Positions 9,015-19,063 are shown, counted from the first letter of the stretch. The stretch is DNA of 41,271 nt from Candidatus Kaiserbacteria bacterium (GCA_023267735.1 JAHFMT010000004.1:1-41271); one strand, 5' to 3'. A program made the numbers and translations. Notes: generated by a model from the letters alone, not told the origin.

Positions 9015-9659
9015 TTATCCCTTACAGCACGCGACAGGGATGGAGGGGACTATAAACGGTTTGAACTCGAAGCGGAGGCTGACGTACCAGACGTTGTTGT
9101 TTCCAGAGATTTGTTGGACCGGCTCGAAAAGCGGTTCTTCCAAGGCTCCTTCAACGAGTACAGTCGTCGTTCCGATTAGGTTCGACGTCCGTTGCTCCTC
9201 GGTGGTTTGCGAGAGTTGGTACCTGAACGCAGACCCTTCCGGAGATGTACGGACATGGTTTGGCACACCCCGCTCAATTGGAGACATCGAGGTTGTCTCC
9301 AAAGAATCGAACCTGCCATTGATCCACACGGTGAGGTACGCCACGCCGGTGGAACTGGTGTCCACGTAACTGCCCACCTGCATCACCTTCAGGTTCGTAT
9401 CGCCCTTTAGAGTGACGATTGCTTTCCTGGGGTCCTTGTAGGTCCGTATGACCGCTTTAAGGTCGTACGCATGTACGACGCCGGTAGTAGAGTCGACGGT
9501 AAGGAGGTAGTAGTTCTTCACCACGGCTCCGGAATCGAGCGCTGCCTCCTTGTCCGCGCCCACGAGGGTGGCGCTCGAAGCGCCGCCGAGACAGCCGGTG
9601 AACATGAGAACGCCCAGGGCAAGTACGAACAGGGTGAGAGTGCGAACTGACTGCTTCAC
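9015..9659 (-). CDS. Hypothetical lipoprotein (orphan)
   Basis: GTG start at 9659 preceded by AAGGAG-N6. Signal peptide plus lipobox: VKQSVRTLTLFVLALGVLMFTGC. G/C-rich third codon positions and AGG/CGG Arg codons, unlike the neighbours. No family recognised. Confidence 0.7.
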   Translation of the reverse strand: MKQSVRTLTLFVLALGVLMFTGCLGGASSATLVGADKEAALDSGAVVKNYYLLTVDSTTGVVHAYDLKAVIRTYKDPRKAIVTLKGDTNLKVMQVGSYVDTSSTGVAYLTVWINGRFDSLETTSMSPIERGVPNHVRTSPEGSAFRYQLSQTTEEQRTSNLIGTTTVLVEGALEEPLFEPVQQISGNNNVWYVSLRFEFKPFIVPSIPVACCKG

Positions 9660-9725
9660 GGGAAGCTCCTTATGGATGAATTGGGGTTGTGTAGTTCTGT
9701 TGCGCATCTGCGCAACTCCAGCAGG

Positions 9726-9753
9726 ATATTACTACATTTTAACTAAAAGTCAA
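9726..9753 (-). promoter_or_regulatory. Sigma70-type promoter for the lipoprotein cassette
   Basis: Minus strand TTGACT-16 nt-TAATAT. A 7-bp hairpin GTTGCGC/GCGCAAC follows in the leader. Confidence 0.55.
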
Positions 9754-9775
9754 TTACCATGCTCTCCGGTATATA

Positions 9776-9808
9776 CAAAAACACCCGCACTGTTGCGGGT
9801 GTTTTTGG
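9776..9808 (-). terminator. Intrinsic terminator after pyk
   Basis: AAAAACACCCGCA-CTGT-TGCGGGTGTTTTT hairpin with U-tracts on both strands. Confidence 0.75.
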
Positions 9809-9821
9809 TACGTACTGCGAC

Positions 9822-11204
9822 TTATGCGAGCTCGCTAAAGTGTACGGTCTTGTATTCTCCAAGTGCCGTCACCACCGTCACGACGTCATCTGCCGCGAAG
9901 GTCCCTGCATCAATGTTTGCAAGCATTGCGCCCAGGGTAACTTCTGGAAGATACATAGGACGAAGTGCGTAATAGAGACCAAGCTGGCGGGTGAGTGTCT
10001 CAGATGATGAACCAACTACCGCTACACATGATGGGCGCCATGCAGAAAGTGCGATGTGCAGATTCTCGTTATCAACGGGAGCGAGAATTGCTTTTGCACC
10101 TGCTTTCTTTGCCTTAGCAACAACCTGCTTTGCAAACTCGAACTCAGGTGTCTGTACGGTAGGGGTGTGTGGGTAGTGGGTGAGCTCCTCAAGCTTGCTC
10201 TCGGTGTAGGACATCACGTCACCCATAAGAGTTGTTGCCTCAATAGGGTAGTCACCGTAAGCAGTTTCTCCTGACATAGATACCGCACCAGAGCCATCAA
10301 GTATTGCGTTTGCAATATCAAGCACCTCAGCGCGTGTTGGGCGAGGGTTCTTAATCATGCTGTCGAGTACCTGTGTCGCCACGACGCACGACTTACCCTT
10401 CTTTATAGCTGCTTCAACCATCTTCTTCTGCATAAATGGCATCTCTTTAAGGGGTACTTCAGCGCCAAGGTCACCACGAGCAACCATGAGGCCTTCTGAG
10501 TTATCAAGAATCTCTTCTACGTTGTCGAAGCCTTCACGGTTTTCAAGCTTAGAAACCACAAACGGCTTGTATCCAGGGAATTGATCAGTGATTTCCTTAA
10601 TGTCCATCAAGTCCTGCTTGCCACGCACGAATGAGTGAATGATGTACTCCACGTTGTGGGTACCGCAGAAACGGATAAAGCCTTTATCCTTTTCGGTAAG
10701 TGCAGGAAGTTCAATATGTACGTTTGGCGTATTGATACTCTTCTTCTTCTTGATAGTGCCGCTGTTCTGTACGAGACACTTAAGTGCATCGCCTTCCTTC
10801 TCTACTACGGTAAAGCCAATGATTGCGTCATCGTACAGGATGACGGTACCCACAGGAACTTCGTTATGGAAGTTTGGGTAGTCAACGTGAATAGTTACTG
10901 CGCCTTCTTTTTTGTATTCAGTGTTGCCGCTGAAATAGACATGCTCACCTGCGGTAACGGTGAATGGTTCCTCAACACCCTTGGTGCGCACTTCAGGACC
11001 CTTGGTATCAATCATGATACCCATATGTGGAGCAACGGAGCGAATACGTTCAATAACCTGCTTAGTATCGTCCTCTCCCTGGTGTGCAGTGTTAAGCCAG
11101 GCAACATCAACTCCTGCATCAAAGAGTGATTTCAAGAAATCTACTTCTGATTTGTTGTCAGCAATTTTGCCCAGGATCTTTGTTTTTCTAAAATTAATTT
11201 TCAT
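9822..11204 (-). CDS. pyk: Pyruvate kinase
   Basis: 460 aa. IMIDTKGPEVRT, MVARGDLGAEVP, ATQVLDSM motifs. Confidence 0.95.
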   Translation of the reverse strand: MKINFRKTKILGKIADNKSEVDFLKSLFDAGVDVAWLNTAHQGEDDTKQVIERIRSVAPHMGIMIDTKGPEVRTKGVEEPFTVTAGEHVYFSGNTEYKKEGAVTIHVDYPNFHNEVPVGTVILYDDAIIGFTVVEKEGDALKCLVQNSGTIKKKKSINTPNVHIELPALTEKDKGFIRFCGTHNVEYIIHSFVRGKQDLMDIKEITDQFPGYKPFVVSKLENREGFDNVEEILDNSEGLMVARGDLGAEVPLKEMPFMQKKMVEAAIKKGKSCVVATQVLDSMIKNPRPTRAEVLDIANAILDGSGAVSMSGETAYGDYPIEATTLMGDVMSYTESKLEELTHYPHTPTVQTPEFEFAKQVVAKAKKAGAKAILAPVDNENLHIALSAWRPSCVAVVGSSSETLTRQLGLYYALRPMYLPEVTLGAMLANIDAGTFAADDVVTVVTALGEYKTVHFSELA

Positions 11205-11394
11205 AAGGATTGTTTCTAGGTTGAAATCTCTTCAACAGAAAAGAACGGCTTAGAGCAAGCTTATATCGCTAGCGTGTTCGCAATTCTGGTCTGCTGTTAG
11301 CACTACTGACAGGCTAATGAGAGGTACTTTAGCATAAACCAACGCCCATGTCCTTATTTCTTGCCGTTCATTGGTGAGGGGGTACCATGTACGT

Positions 11395-12540
11395 ATGGAA
11401 CCACTCGCTGCACGTCTTCGTCCAGAACACCTTGCTGATGTTGCTGGGCAGGAACACTTGCTTGGTGAAGGGAAACCACTGCGTATTGCTATAGAAAAGA
11501 AGCACCTCTTCTCTTTTGTTCTTTGGGGACCTCCTGGAACGGGGAAGACCACCATTGCACGTTTGTACGCGAAGTCTCTTGAGGCTGATTACCACGAGCT
11601 TTCGGCAGTGTCCGCAGGAAAGGAAGACATCAAAAAGCTTATAGATGCACGAAACAGTATCGGGGGCATTGTCGCACAGAAACCACTCGTGCTCTTTCTG
11701 GATGAAATACACCGCTTCAACAAAGCACAGCAGGATTATCTGTTGCCGTTTGTGGAAGGCGGTGCACTTACCCTTATTGGTGCCACTACTGAAAATCCGT
11801 CTTTTGAAGTGAATGCGGCGTTGTTGTCTCGTTGTCGTGTGTTTGTACTAGAGCCGCTTTCGGAAGAAGCGTTGAAGGCGATTGTAAAACGTACAAAGCT
11901 GAAGGTGCCAAAGGATGCCTTTGATTGGTTGCTTGGATATGCGGCAGGAGATGCACGTCGTGCACTGGGGATTCTTGAAACCGCACAAAGCCTGTATGGA
12001 AACATTTCCGCAGAAACCCTGGCGAAAGCACTTGAGTCTCGTCATCTGCGCTATGACAAACATGGAACTGAACACCACGACACTATCAGCGCGTTTATTA
12101 AAAGCATGCGTGCCAGCCAGAGTGATGCCGCTATGTACTATCTTGCCCGTATGGTGGAGGCGGGTGAGGATCCGCTCTACATTGCACGCCGTATGGTGAT
12201 ATTTGCCAGTGAAGACATAGGAAATGCGCAGCCAACGGCACTTGTTGTGGCAAATGCCGTATTTGCTGCATGCCAGGTTATCGGCTATCCAGAATGTGCC
12301 ATCAATCTTGCGCATGGTGTGGCGTATCTTGCCTCAGCAAAGAAAGATCGCTCTAGTTATGATGCCCTTCGCGCGGCACAGGAGGATGTGAAAGCGTATG
12401 GAAATCTTCCTATCCCCAAAAAGATAAAGAACCCATCAACGAAGCTTATGAAAGAAGAAGGGTATGGAAAGGGGTACACGAAGTACGATACTGAGTCGTA
12501 TTTGCCAGAGAAGCTGAAGAAACGTAAGTATTTTGGATAG
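11395..12540 (+). CDS. rarA: Replication-associated recombination protein A (AAA+ ATPase, MgsA/RarA)
   Basis: Homology starts at MEPLAARLRPEHLADVAGQEHL (ATG 11395; the ORF is open from TTG 11371). Walker A GPPGTGKTT, Walker B LFLDEIHRFNK, C-terminal MgsA region YYLARMVEAGEDP. Confidence 0.92.
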   Translation: MEPLAARLRPEHLADVAGQEHLLGEGKPLRIAIEKKHLFSFVLWGPPGTGKTTIARLYAKSLEADYHELSAVSAGKEDIKKLIDARNSIGGIVAQKPLVLFLDEIHRFNKAQQDYLLPFVEGGALTLIGATTENPSFEVNAALLSRCRVFVLEPLSEEALKAIVKRTKLKVPKDAFDWLLGYAAGDARRALGILETAQSLYGNISAETLAKALESRHLRYDKHGTEHHDTISAFIKSMRASQSDAAMYYLARMVEAGEDPLYIARRMVIFASEDIGNAQPTALVVANAVFAACQVIGYPECAINLAHGVAYLASAKKDRSSYDALRAAQEDVKAYGNLPIPKKIKNPSTKLMKEEGYGKGYTKYDTESYLPEKLKKRKYFG

Positions 12541-12550
12541 GGTGGACCGT

Positions 12551-12579
12551 TTGTTGCGGTTTCGTCGTATTCCTATACT
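12551..12579 (+). promoter_or_regulatory. Candidate promoter for the orphan gene at 12626
   Basis: TTGTTG-17 nt-TATACT. Confidence 0.4.
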
Positions 12580-12625
12580 ATCTGGCCAGGACGTTTCTCA
12601 TCCAATCCTTTCCAGGGGGTGCGCC

Positions 12626-12934
12626 ATGGATTCTGCGACCAGAATCGTGTTTTGCGATGTCCATCCCTATACGGTTTGGATTACCAAATCAGGGGAACAG
12701 TATGGGTTTACCATCAATTACTTTCAGAGCGAGCAGGCTCCGATTACCAAGCTTCCCTTTACGGAAAACTTTGGAGAAGTTCTTAGAGGGATCGTGGTGC
12801 TCTTTTCGTTGCTCCCGTTACGAATCCTGTCGGTTGATGAAATTGACCGAGTCATCGGAACGCTTCGCAAGAAGCATAAGGTGTTTTGTAAACGGGTTTT
12901 TCACCAAGGTGCATTGGTGCAAAAGGCCGCGTGA
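12626..12934 (+). CDS. Hypothetical protein (orphan, 102 aa)
   Basis: ATG at 12626 preceded by AGGGGG-N6. The ORF is open from 12533. No recognisable motif. A terminator follows. Confidence 0.5.
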   Translation: MDSATRIVFCDVHPYTVWITKSGEQYGFTINYFQSEQAPITKLPFTENFGEVLRGIVVLFSLLPLRILSVDEIDRVIGTLRKKHKVFCKRVFHQGALVQKAA

Positions 12935-12968
12935 CAGATGTTGCGCGGCTTTTCCATTGCTATAGATA

Positions 12969-12998
12969 ACAAAACACCCGCAGAGGCGGGTGTTTTGT
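12969..12998. terminator. Bidirectional intrinsic terminator (orphan on +, hup on -)
   Basis: ACAAAACACCCGC-AGAG-GCGGGTGTTTTGT. Confidence 0.75.
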
Positions 12999-13016
12999 AT
13001 GTGCACAGGATGTTGG

Positions 13017-13289
13017 TTACTTAACCGCGTCCTTAAAGCCCTTGGCCGCACGGAACTTTGGAACGCGGGTAGCGGCAATCTTTACGGCTTCACCGGTGCG
13101 TGGGTTACGGCCAGTGCGAGCTGGGCGAGCCTTTGCAACGAAGATACCGAGACCGGCGATAGAAACTTCGCCGCCCTTTGAAACCTCCTTGATGATTGAA
13201 TCAATGACGGTTTCAACTGCGCGCTCAGCGTCTGCCTTGGTAGAACCAAGTACGCCGTGCACATTCTCGATGATGTCTGCTTTATTCAT
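13017..13289 (-). CDS. hup: DNA-binding protein HU
   Basis: 90 aa. MNKADIIE..., GFGIF-type core (AGLGIFV), RTGRNPRTGE arm motif. Confidence 0.95.
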   Translation of the reverse strand: MNKADIIENVHGVLGSTKADAERAVETVIDSIIKEVSKGGEVSIAGLGIFVAKARPARTGRNPRTGEAVKIAATRVPKFRAAKGFKDAVK

Positions 13290-13345
13290 GGATGCTTTCT
13301 AACTCATAAACCCGCGGCCGATTGAGGGTTGCGGGGCTGAAACCA

Positions 13346-13373
13346 AGTATACTCGCCATAAAATAGCACTCAA
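13346..13373 (-). promoter_or_regulatory. Candidate hup promoter
   Basis: Minus strand TTGAGT-16 nt-TATACT. The leader contains a CCCGC/GCGGG hairpin followed by a U-rich tract. Confidence 0.45.
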
Positions 13374-13460
13374 GTCTTGACTGGGGATAGCAAAAGTGTC
13401 GTTTTCAAAAAGACGGGTCATTATATTTAAGTCGTTTTTGGAACTTTTCGTAGGGTAATA

Positions 13461-13496
13461 AAGTAAAAGCCGTTTCAAAAGAAACGGCTTTTACTT
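13461..13496 (-). terminator. Intrinsic terminator after rny
   Basis: AAGTAAAAGCCGTTTC-AAAA-GAAACGGCTTTTACTT. Confidence 0.75.
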
Positions 13497-13528
13497 AGAG
13501 AACAACACCTTGTGTTTTGGTTCCTTGA

Positions 13529-15058
13529 TTAGCGAGCAAACTCAACAACACGATTCTCACGAATGATATTGACCTTAATTTCACCAGGATAACGGAGCTC
13601 TTTTTGTACGCGTTCAGCAATGTCCCTAGCAAGTTTGTGCATCGCAAGGTCAGAAACCTTACCAGGATTAACAAATACGCGGATTTCACGGCCCGCCTGA
13701 ATGGCATAGCACTTCTCGACACCCTCAAAGGTCTTGGCGATACGTTCAAGATCCGTAAGACGTTCAAGGTAGCGCTCTACCGTGTCACGACGTGCACCAG
13801 GGCGTCCACCAGAAATAGCATCTGCTACCTGCACGATAATAGCTTCCGGTGTCTCGTACGGATATTCCTCGTGATGTGACTGCATTGCCTGAATAACTTC
13901 CTTGGAAAGCCCAAACTTCTCAAGAATACGACGTCCAATTTCTACGTGAGTTCCTGTAACCTCATGGTCAACGGCCTTGCCGATGTCGTGGAGCAGGGCA
14001 CCACGCTTTGCCACCTCTACATCAACACCAAGTTCACCGGCGAGCATACCCGCCAAGTGAGTCATTTCAACAGAGTGCTGGAGCACGCTTTGTCCGTAGC
14101 TGGTACGGAAGGCCAGACGGCCAAGGAGTGCCACCAGCTTTGGATCAAGACCCACAATGCCCGTCTCATAACATGCCTCGTCCCCGCGCTTCTTTATGAG
14201 GTCCTGCACCTCTTCACGGGTCTTCTCAACCACCTCCTCAATCTTTGCTGGTTGAATGCGACCATCAGCAATGAGTTTCTCAAGGGCCATACGTGCGACG
14301 TGTCGGCGTAGCGGATCAAAGGATGAGATGGTGATCTTGTCTGGTGCCTCATCAATAAGCACATCAACGCCCGTAGCGCGTTCAAACGCTTTGATATTTC
14401 GTCCTTCCTTGCCGATAACCTTTCCTTTTATCTCTTCTGATGGAATCGTAATACTGAATGTCGTTGTCTCAGCGTTCACGGCGTTCCCAAGGCGGTGAAT
14501 AGCGGTAATCAAAAGCTCACGTGCCTTTGTTTCAATGCGTTCATGTCCTGCGGTCTCAAGCTTTTGCAGGCGGTGCAGAATTGCTTCTTCGTGAGACTTC
14601 TCAAACTCACGGTACAAGCGTGCAAGTGCCTCATCTTTTGAAAGGCGTGCAATCTTCGCAAGCTCGGTCTCACGTTCTTCAATGAGCTCCTCCGCTTCTT
14701 TCTTGAGACGTACTGCTTCGTTTTCACGGCTGCGTACGGTATCAGATTCTTCAGCGATAGAGCGCTCGCGTTCATCCAGGAACTCCTCCTTCTTAGCGAG
14801 GCGCTCCTCTACCTTCGCCAGCTTCTCTTCACGCTCAGCAAGAGGCGCAAGCAGGTCTTCTTCAGTGAGACTGGCACGTTTCTCTGCTTCTTGAATGATG
14901 CGCGAAGCACGCTCTTTGGCATCAAAGAGTTTTTGTTTGACTTCAAGCTCAAGCGAGCCACGTTGACCAAGGGCAATGAGCCAGCGAAGTACATATCCAA
15001 GGGCGATACCTGCCGCTCCTGATAGGGCAAGAAGCGACAACACTATTTTTATAGACAT
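13529..15058 (-). CDS. rny: Ribonuclease Y
   Basis: 509 aa. N-terminal TM, long Glu/Lys coiled coil, KH domain (GKVIGKEGRNIKAFE), HD domain (LLHDIGKAVDHE). Confidence 0.95.
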   Translation of the reverse strand: MSIKIVLSLLALSGAAGIALGYVLRWLIALGQRGSLELEVKQKLFDAKERASRIIQEAEKRASLTEEDLLAPLAEREEKLAKVEERLAKKEEFLDERERSIAEESDTVRSRENEAVRLKKEAEELIEERETELAKIARLSKDEALARLYREFEKSHEEAILHRLQKLETAGHERIETKARELLITAIHRLGNAVNAETTTFSITIPSEEIKGKVIGKEGRNIKAFERATGVDVLIDEAPDKITISSFDPLRRHVARMALEKLIADGRIQPAKIEEVVEKTREEVQDLIKKRGDEACYETGIVGLDPKLVALLGRLAFRTSYGQSVLQHSVEMTHLAGMLAGELGVDVEVAKRGALLHDIGKAVDHEVTGTHVEIGRRILEKFGLSKEVIQAMQSHHEEYPYETPEAIIVQVADAISGGRPGARRDTVERYLERLTDLERIAKTFEGVEKCYAIQAGREIRVFVNPGKVSDLAMHKLARDIAERVQKELRYPGEIKVNIIRENRVVEFAR

Positions 15059-15180
15059 ACAGTATTTCAGTTATGTTTCCATCTCTGGAAACAGGGAATT
15101 CATAGGGAAAGGTCAGTCGGGAAGGCGGACGGGGTGGTGATTCGGTTGGGCGGTGCTGATGGCACTGTATCATGTGGCGT

Positions 15181-15217
15181 TTAAAACAAAAGAAGCCCGC
15201 ATAGTGCGGGCTTCTTT
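15181..15217 (-). terminator. Intrinsic terminator after clpP
   Basis: AAAGAAGCCCGC-ATAGT-GCGGGCTTCTTT, with a U-tract on the minus strand. Confidence 0.75.
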
Positions 15218-15231
15218 GTGTGCACAAAACC

Positions 15232-15861
15232 CTACTTTGCCTTGTATACCTGGTCTACAATCCCGTATTTTTTGGCTTCGTCTGCAGTCATATAGAAGTC
15301 GCGGTCAACGTCTTTCTCAATCTTGTCCATGGACTGACCAGTGGTCTTTGCAAGGATCTTATTGAGTCGTTCACGCGTAGCAAGAATGTGCTTCGCGGTA
15401 ATTTCAATGTCAGATGCCTGACCTTCGGTGCCACCAGAAGGTTGGTGAATCATTACCTCCGCGTTTGGTAGTGCAAAACGCTTTCCTTTCTTTCCTGAAG
15501 CAAGAATGATGGAACCCATAGATGCAGCCATGCCGACACATACGGTCGCAACATCAGGCTTGATGTGGTTCATGGCGTCCACAATGGCCAAGCCAGCATG
15601 TACATGTCCCCCTGGAGAGTTTACATACAGGTGAATATCTTTCTTTGGATCTTCGGCTTCAAGGAACAGGAGCTGCGCGATGATGAGGTTCGCTACGTCA
15701 TCATTGATGCCACCACCAAGAAAGATGATGCGCTCCTTGAGGAGACGGGAGTAAATGTCGTATGCACGTTCACCGAACTGTGATTTTTCAACCACCATAG
15801 GTACGAGCATGGATGCACGAGGGAGAGCAGCAGTATTCATAGAAGTGTATGTCTTAGGCAT
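15232..15861 (-). CDS. clpP: ATP-dependent Clp protease proteolytic subunit
   Basis: 209 aa. [19 protein letters not shown], catalytic GMAASMG Ser context, MIHQPSGG. The start could instead be Met8 or Met18. Confidence 0.93.
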   Translation of the reverse strand: MPKTYTSMNTAALPRASMLVPMVVEKSQFGERAYDIYSRLLKERIIFLGGGINDDVANLIIAQLLFLEAEDPKKDIHLYVNSPGGHVHAGLAIVDAMNHIKPDVATVCVGMAASMGSIILASGKKGKRFALPNAEVMIHQPSGGTEGQASDIEITAKHILATRERLNKILAKTTGQSMDKIEKDVDRDFYMTADEAKKYGIVDQVYKAK

Positions 15862-15893
15862 GGCACCAAGCGTAGCAAACTTTAGACGTTTGG

Positions 15894-16181
15894 CTACTGG
15901 GTAACGGTTTCGGAAGAAGAAGCTTCTGTCTCAAGGCTCTGGATGACGCCTGCAGCTCCTTTTTCGTTGGCAATATCTTCACCCCATACATAGAGGGCAC
16001 CAATAACTACAATGGCTACGATGATGATGATGGAGACAAGTGCGCCGTATGACTGCTGCTTTGTGCTCGGGTTACCGTTCATGTACCCGCTCCCACGAAC
16101 CACTTTTGGTTCTGGCGGGAGTACTGGTACGGCGACAGGGTCAGAGAGTTTCTCATCTACTGCGGGAGGGAAGTCGTTCAT
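15894..16181 (-). CDS. Hypothetical single-pass membrane protein (95 aa)
   Basis: Probable ATG at 16181 ([11 protein letters not shown]...), downstream of the ppa terminator. Pro-rich N-terminus, [21 protein letters not shown], acidic/Ser tail. Confidence 0.5.
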   Translation of the reverse strand: MNDFPPAVDEKLSDPVAVPVLPPEPKVVRGSGYMNGNPSTKQQSYGALVSIIIIVAIVVIGALYVWGEDIANEKGAAGVIQSLETEASSSETVTQ

Positions 16182-16212
16182 ATAAGGGTAGTGTAGCGTG
16201 TGTACGTGATAA

Positions 16213-16243
16213 GCAAAAGCGCCCGGTGTTAGGGCGCTTTTGT
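16213..16243 (-). terminator. Intrinsic terminator after ppa
   Basis: CAAAAGCGCCC-GGTGTTA-GGGCGCTTTTG. Confidence 0.75.
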
Positions 16244-16260
16244 GCTCACAGTACGGTTGG

Positions 16261-16782
16261 TTATTTCTTACCTGCTTCGTACAGCTCGCGAGAACGCTCA
16301 AATGCTGCTTCTGCTGCTGCGCGGTTTTGCATCTCTCCTACTTCAACCGCATCACCTTGTACCTGCTTATAGGTCGAAAAGAAATGAGTGATTTCCTTAA
16401 GAGTGTGCTTATTTACATCCCCAATATCCTTAATTTCTGCGAAACGAGGGTCTTTTGCAGGGACAGCAATAATCTTTGAGTCCGATTCACCTGAGTCAAT
16501 CATTTCCATGATTCCTACAGGACGAGCGCGTACCAAGATGCCTGGAGCAAGTGGGTAGGTGGTAAGTACGATGACATCAAGCGCGTCACCATCGTCCCAG
16601 AGTGTCTGAGGTACATAGCCGTAATCAAACGGATAGTCCTGGGCGCTGTGCATAACACGATCAAGCTTGATGATGCCCGTCTCCTTATCAATCTCGTACT
16701 TGTTATGAGAGCCACGAGGAATCTCAATAATGACGTTCATTTCTTCTTTAGAGCCGGATGCGATGTCGTGAAGCAGGTTCAT
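16261..16782 (-). CDS. ppa: Inorganic pyrophosphatase (family I)
   Basis: 173 aa. VIIEIPRGSHNKYE, DGDALDVIV, AVPAKDPRF motifs. Confidence 0.95.
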   Translation of the reverse strand: MNLLHDIASGSKEEMNVIIEIPRGSHNKYEIDKETGIIKLDRVMHSAQDYPFDYGYVPQTLWDDGDALDVIVLTTYPLAPGILVRARPVGIMEMIDSGESDSKIIAVPAKDPRFAEIKDIGDVNKHTLKEITHFFSTYKQVQGDAVEVGEMQNRAAAEAAFERSRELYEAGKK

Positions 16783-16850
16783 GCAGGTTAGTTAGATATG
16801 TAATAGGGAATAGTGCAAATACTAACGGACATGGCGCATAATGGCGACTC

Positions 16851-16878
16851 TTGACAAGAAAACTTTTAGTACTACAGT
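16851..16878 (+). promoter_or_regulatory. Sigma70-type promoter for the orphan gene at 16950
   Basis: TTGACA-16 nt-TACAGT. The leader has two small hairpins (AGAGTC/GACTCT, TGTGCC/GGCACA). Confidence 0.55.
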
Positions 16879-16949
16879 ATCTCTCATCAGAGTCTTAGAC
16901 TCTGCAATCTCCACCTGTGCCTAAGGCACACATCAGAAAGAGGGCGCTC

Positions 16950-17300
16950 ATGTCAGGTTATAAGTCGGTTAGTTTCATTCTCACTAGTGGTGAATTCGTG
17001 CACGCACTTTTCTCCAATTTCGTCACGCACAAGGAGTGTGAAAAAGAGATTTTGGAGGAATTCCGTAATTTTGGTGACCAAGAGTGCTATGAAGGTTTCG
17101 TTAAGCTTGGGAGCGGTCGGCTCGAGCGTCTCGTGTTCATTCTTGCAGAAATAGAAGGAGACCTCGGGGATGAGAATAACGATATCGAAGATCTCTTCGC
17201 TCGTATCTTCAAGGCGGGCTTTGATGCAGGGATGCGTAAGGGTATTGTGGCTGGTCGCCGGCAGGAGATGGATCGGAAAGAGAGAATGCACCATCAATAG
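16950..17300 (+). CDS. Hypothetical protein (orphan, 116 aa, acidic)
   Basis: ATG at 16950 preceded by AAGAGGG-N5. The ORF is open from GTG 16917. No recognised motif. A terminator follows. Confidence 0.55.
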   Translation: MSGYKSVSFILTSGEFVHALFSNFVTHKECEKEILEEFRNFGDQECYEGFVKLGSGRLERLVFILAEIEGDLGDENNDIEDLFARIFKAGFDAGMRKGIVAGRRQEMDRKERMHHQ

Positions 17301-17309
17301 TTCTTTGTG

Positions 17310-17341
17310 AAAAAACCGCCAGCAATTGCTGGCGGTTTTTC
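17310..17341. terminator. Bidirectional intrinsic terminator (orphan on +, nusA on -)
   Basis: AAAAAACCGCCAGC-AATT-GCTGGCGGTTTTT. Confidence 0.8.
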
Positions 17342-17362
17342 CTTTACGCGTGTGCGGTTGAG

Positions 17363-18718
17363 TTAGTTTTCGTCCTTTGCAGAATCACGACTCTCTTCAG
17401 AGTCTGCTGCCGTCTCATCAGATGCGGGCATTGCTGCAAGCTCTTCTTCGGCAGGAAGAATAGTCTTCTCTTCTGCGGGTGCTTCACCGTCTTCAATAAG
17501 CTCATCGCTTTCGGTTGGCATAACACCAGCTTCCTCTGCAGGGTCCTGAGCAGGAGGCACAATGATGCCCTCACCGTCAGTTTCTGCAACGCTTGCACCA
17601 CCCGTGGAAATGATGTCGATGTTCCAGCCAGTAAGCTTAGCGGCAAGACGGACGTTCTGTCCGCCGCGACCAATAGCAAGTGACTGCTGGTCTTCAGATA
17701 CCGTTACCGTTGCACGGTGCTCGTCTTCGTTAAGCGCAATCTCAAGCACGCTTGCTGGAGAAAGTGCCTCCTTAATAAAGGTAGAGAGATCCTCAGACCA
17801 TTCAATAAGGTCAATGCGCTCACCACCAAGCTCGCCCATAACGGTGGAGACACGGACACCACGCTGGCCCACAAGGGAACCTACCGGATCAACATGTGGA
17901 TCGTTTGATGCAACTGCAAGCTTAGTACGGCTGCCTGCTTCACGGGCAAGTGCCTTGATTTCAACAGCACCGTTTGCAAGCTCAGGAGCTTCAAGCGAGA
18001 AGAGCTTCACCACAAACTGTGGGTTTGCACGGGAAAGGCGGAGATATACACCACGGAATCCTTCATCTACGGCGTATAGGTATGCACGGATGCGCTCACC
18101 TGGACGGAAGCGCTCTCCAGGAATCTGCTCCTCATACGGGATGATACCGGTTGCACGACCAAGGTCTATGAAGAGGGAGCCACGCTCAACGCGCTGTACG
18201 ATACCGGAAACGATATCGCCCTTCTTGTGACCAAACTCTTCAAGAATAGAGAGCTTCTCAGCCTCACGGATCTTCTGGATGATTACCTGCTTTGCAGTCT
18301 GTGCGGCAATACGACCAAAGTCGTCCTGTGGTTCAAGCGGGAAGACAATTTCGTCACCTACTTCTGCACCACGCTTGATACGCTTCGCGTCTTCAATAAG
18401 CATGTGCTTCTCGGCGTCAAACCGAGGGAGCTCACCTTCAGCAAGTTCCTCGTGATGATGTTCGGGGTGTTCAATGACTTCCTCACCTTCTTCAGGGAAA
18501 CGCACCATGGTTGGATCAACCACGGTCTTTACCTGTTCAAAGATAAGAGTACCCGTGTTCATATCAAGGGCAGTACGTACTACCTGACCACGCTTGCCGT
18601 ACTCGCGCTTATACGCGGTTGCCATGGCGGCTTCAATCGCTTCAATCATTGAGGCGCGTGGGATACCGCGCTCTGCGAACTCTTCCAGCACTGAGTTTAT
18701 GGTTTTGAGATCCAACAT
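17363..18718 (-). CDS. nusA: Transcription termination/antitermination factor NusA with an acidic C-terminal tail
   Basis: 451 aa. NusA N-domain, S1 (GDIVSGIVQRVERGSLFIDLG), two KH domains (GSRTKLAVAS..., IGRGGQNVRLAAKLTGWNIDI), Glu/Asp-rich tail. Confidence 0.94.
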   Translation of the reverse strand: MLDLKTINSVLEEFAERGIPRASMIEAIEAAMATAYKREYGKRGQVVRTALDMNTGTLIFEQVKTVVDPTMVRFPEEGEEVIEHPEHHHEELAEGELPRFDAEKHMLIEDAKRIKRGAEVGDEIVFPLEPQDDFGRIAAQTAKQVIIQKIREAEKLSILEEFGHKKGDIVSGIVQRVERGSLFIDLGRATGIIPYEEQIPGERFRPGERIRAYLYAVDEGFRGVYLRLSRANPQFVVKLFSLEAPELANGAVEIKALAREAGSRTKLAVASNDPHVDPVGSLVGQRGVRVSTVMGELGGERIDLIEWSEDLSTFIKEALSPASVLEIALNEDEHRATVTVSEDQQSLAIGRGGQNVRLAAKLTGWNIDIISTGGASVAETDGEGIIVPPAQDPAEEAGVMPTESDELIEDGEAPAEEKTILPAEEELAAMPASDETAADSEESRDSAKDEN

Positions 18719-18787
18719 ATGAAATGTATGCTCAGGCGCACCTTTTTAATAAGAAACGCCCGCTTCGCGGACGTCTCAGATGCCCAA

Positions 18788-18816
18788 ATGCTATCAGTGA
18801 GTACGGGTTGTGTCAA
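18788..18816 (-). promoter_or_regulatory. Sigma70-type promoter for nusA
   Basis: Minus strand TTGACA-17 nt-TAGCAT. The leader has a CGTCCGC-GAA-GCGGGCG hairpin followed by TTTCTTATT. Confidence 0.55.
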
Positions 18817-18874
18817 TGTGGTACCACGTTATACTTATATGGCAACAACATCCCCATGTGAAAGGAGTGCGATC

Positions 18875-19063
18875 GTGTCCAAACCTACACACACAGAAAA
18901 GAAAGACGTTCTTTCTTCAACACATACATTGCCAAATCACTGTACGCAGTGTGGCTCGCCACCGAATCGGCATACTATGCGGAACTTTGATCCGCGTGAC
19001 CGAACTGCTGATTTGTACTGCATTGATTGTGGTGCGTATGTGCGTGAATGGGACCCGTCCTAG
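18875..19063 (+). CDS. Hypothetical zinc-ribbon protein (orphan, 62 aa)
   Basis: GTG at 18875 preceded by AAAGGAG-N7. Two Cys pairs, CTQCG and CIDCG. The longer ORF from 18719 overlaps the nusA promoter region. Confidence 0.5.
   Translation: MSKPTHTEKKDVLSSTHTLPNHCTQCGSPPNRHTMRNFDPRDRTADLYCIDCGAYVREWDPS

Noticed and set aside
15059-15231. A G-rich plus-strand tract (GGGAAGGCGGACGGGGTGGTGATTCGGTTGGGCGG) in the rny leader region, considered as a possible G-quadruplex or regulatory RNA.
   Set aside because: On the transcribed (minus) strand it is merely C-rich and unstructured. The G-runs are short and irregular, and I see no supporting repeat or conservation evidence in the window.
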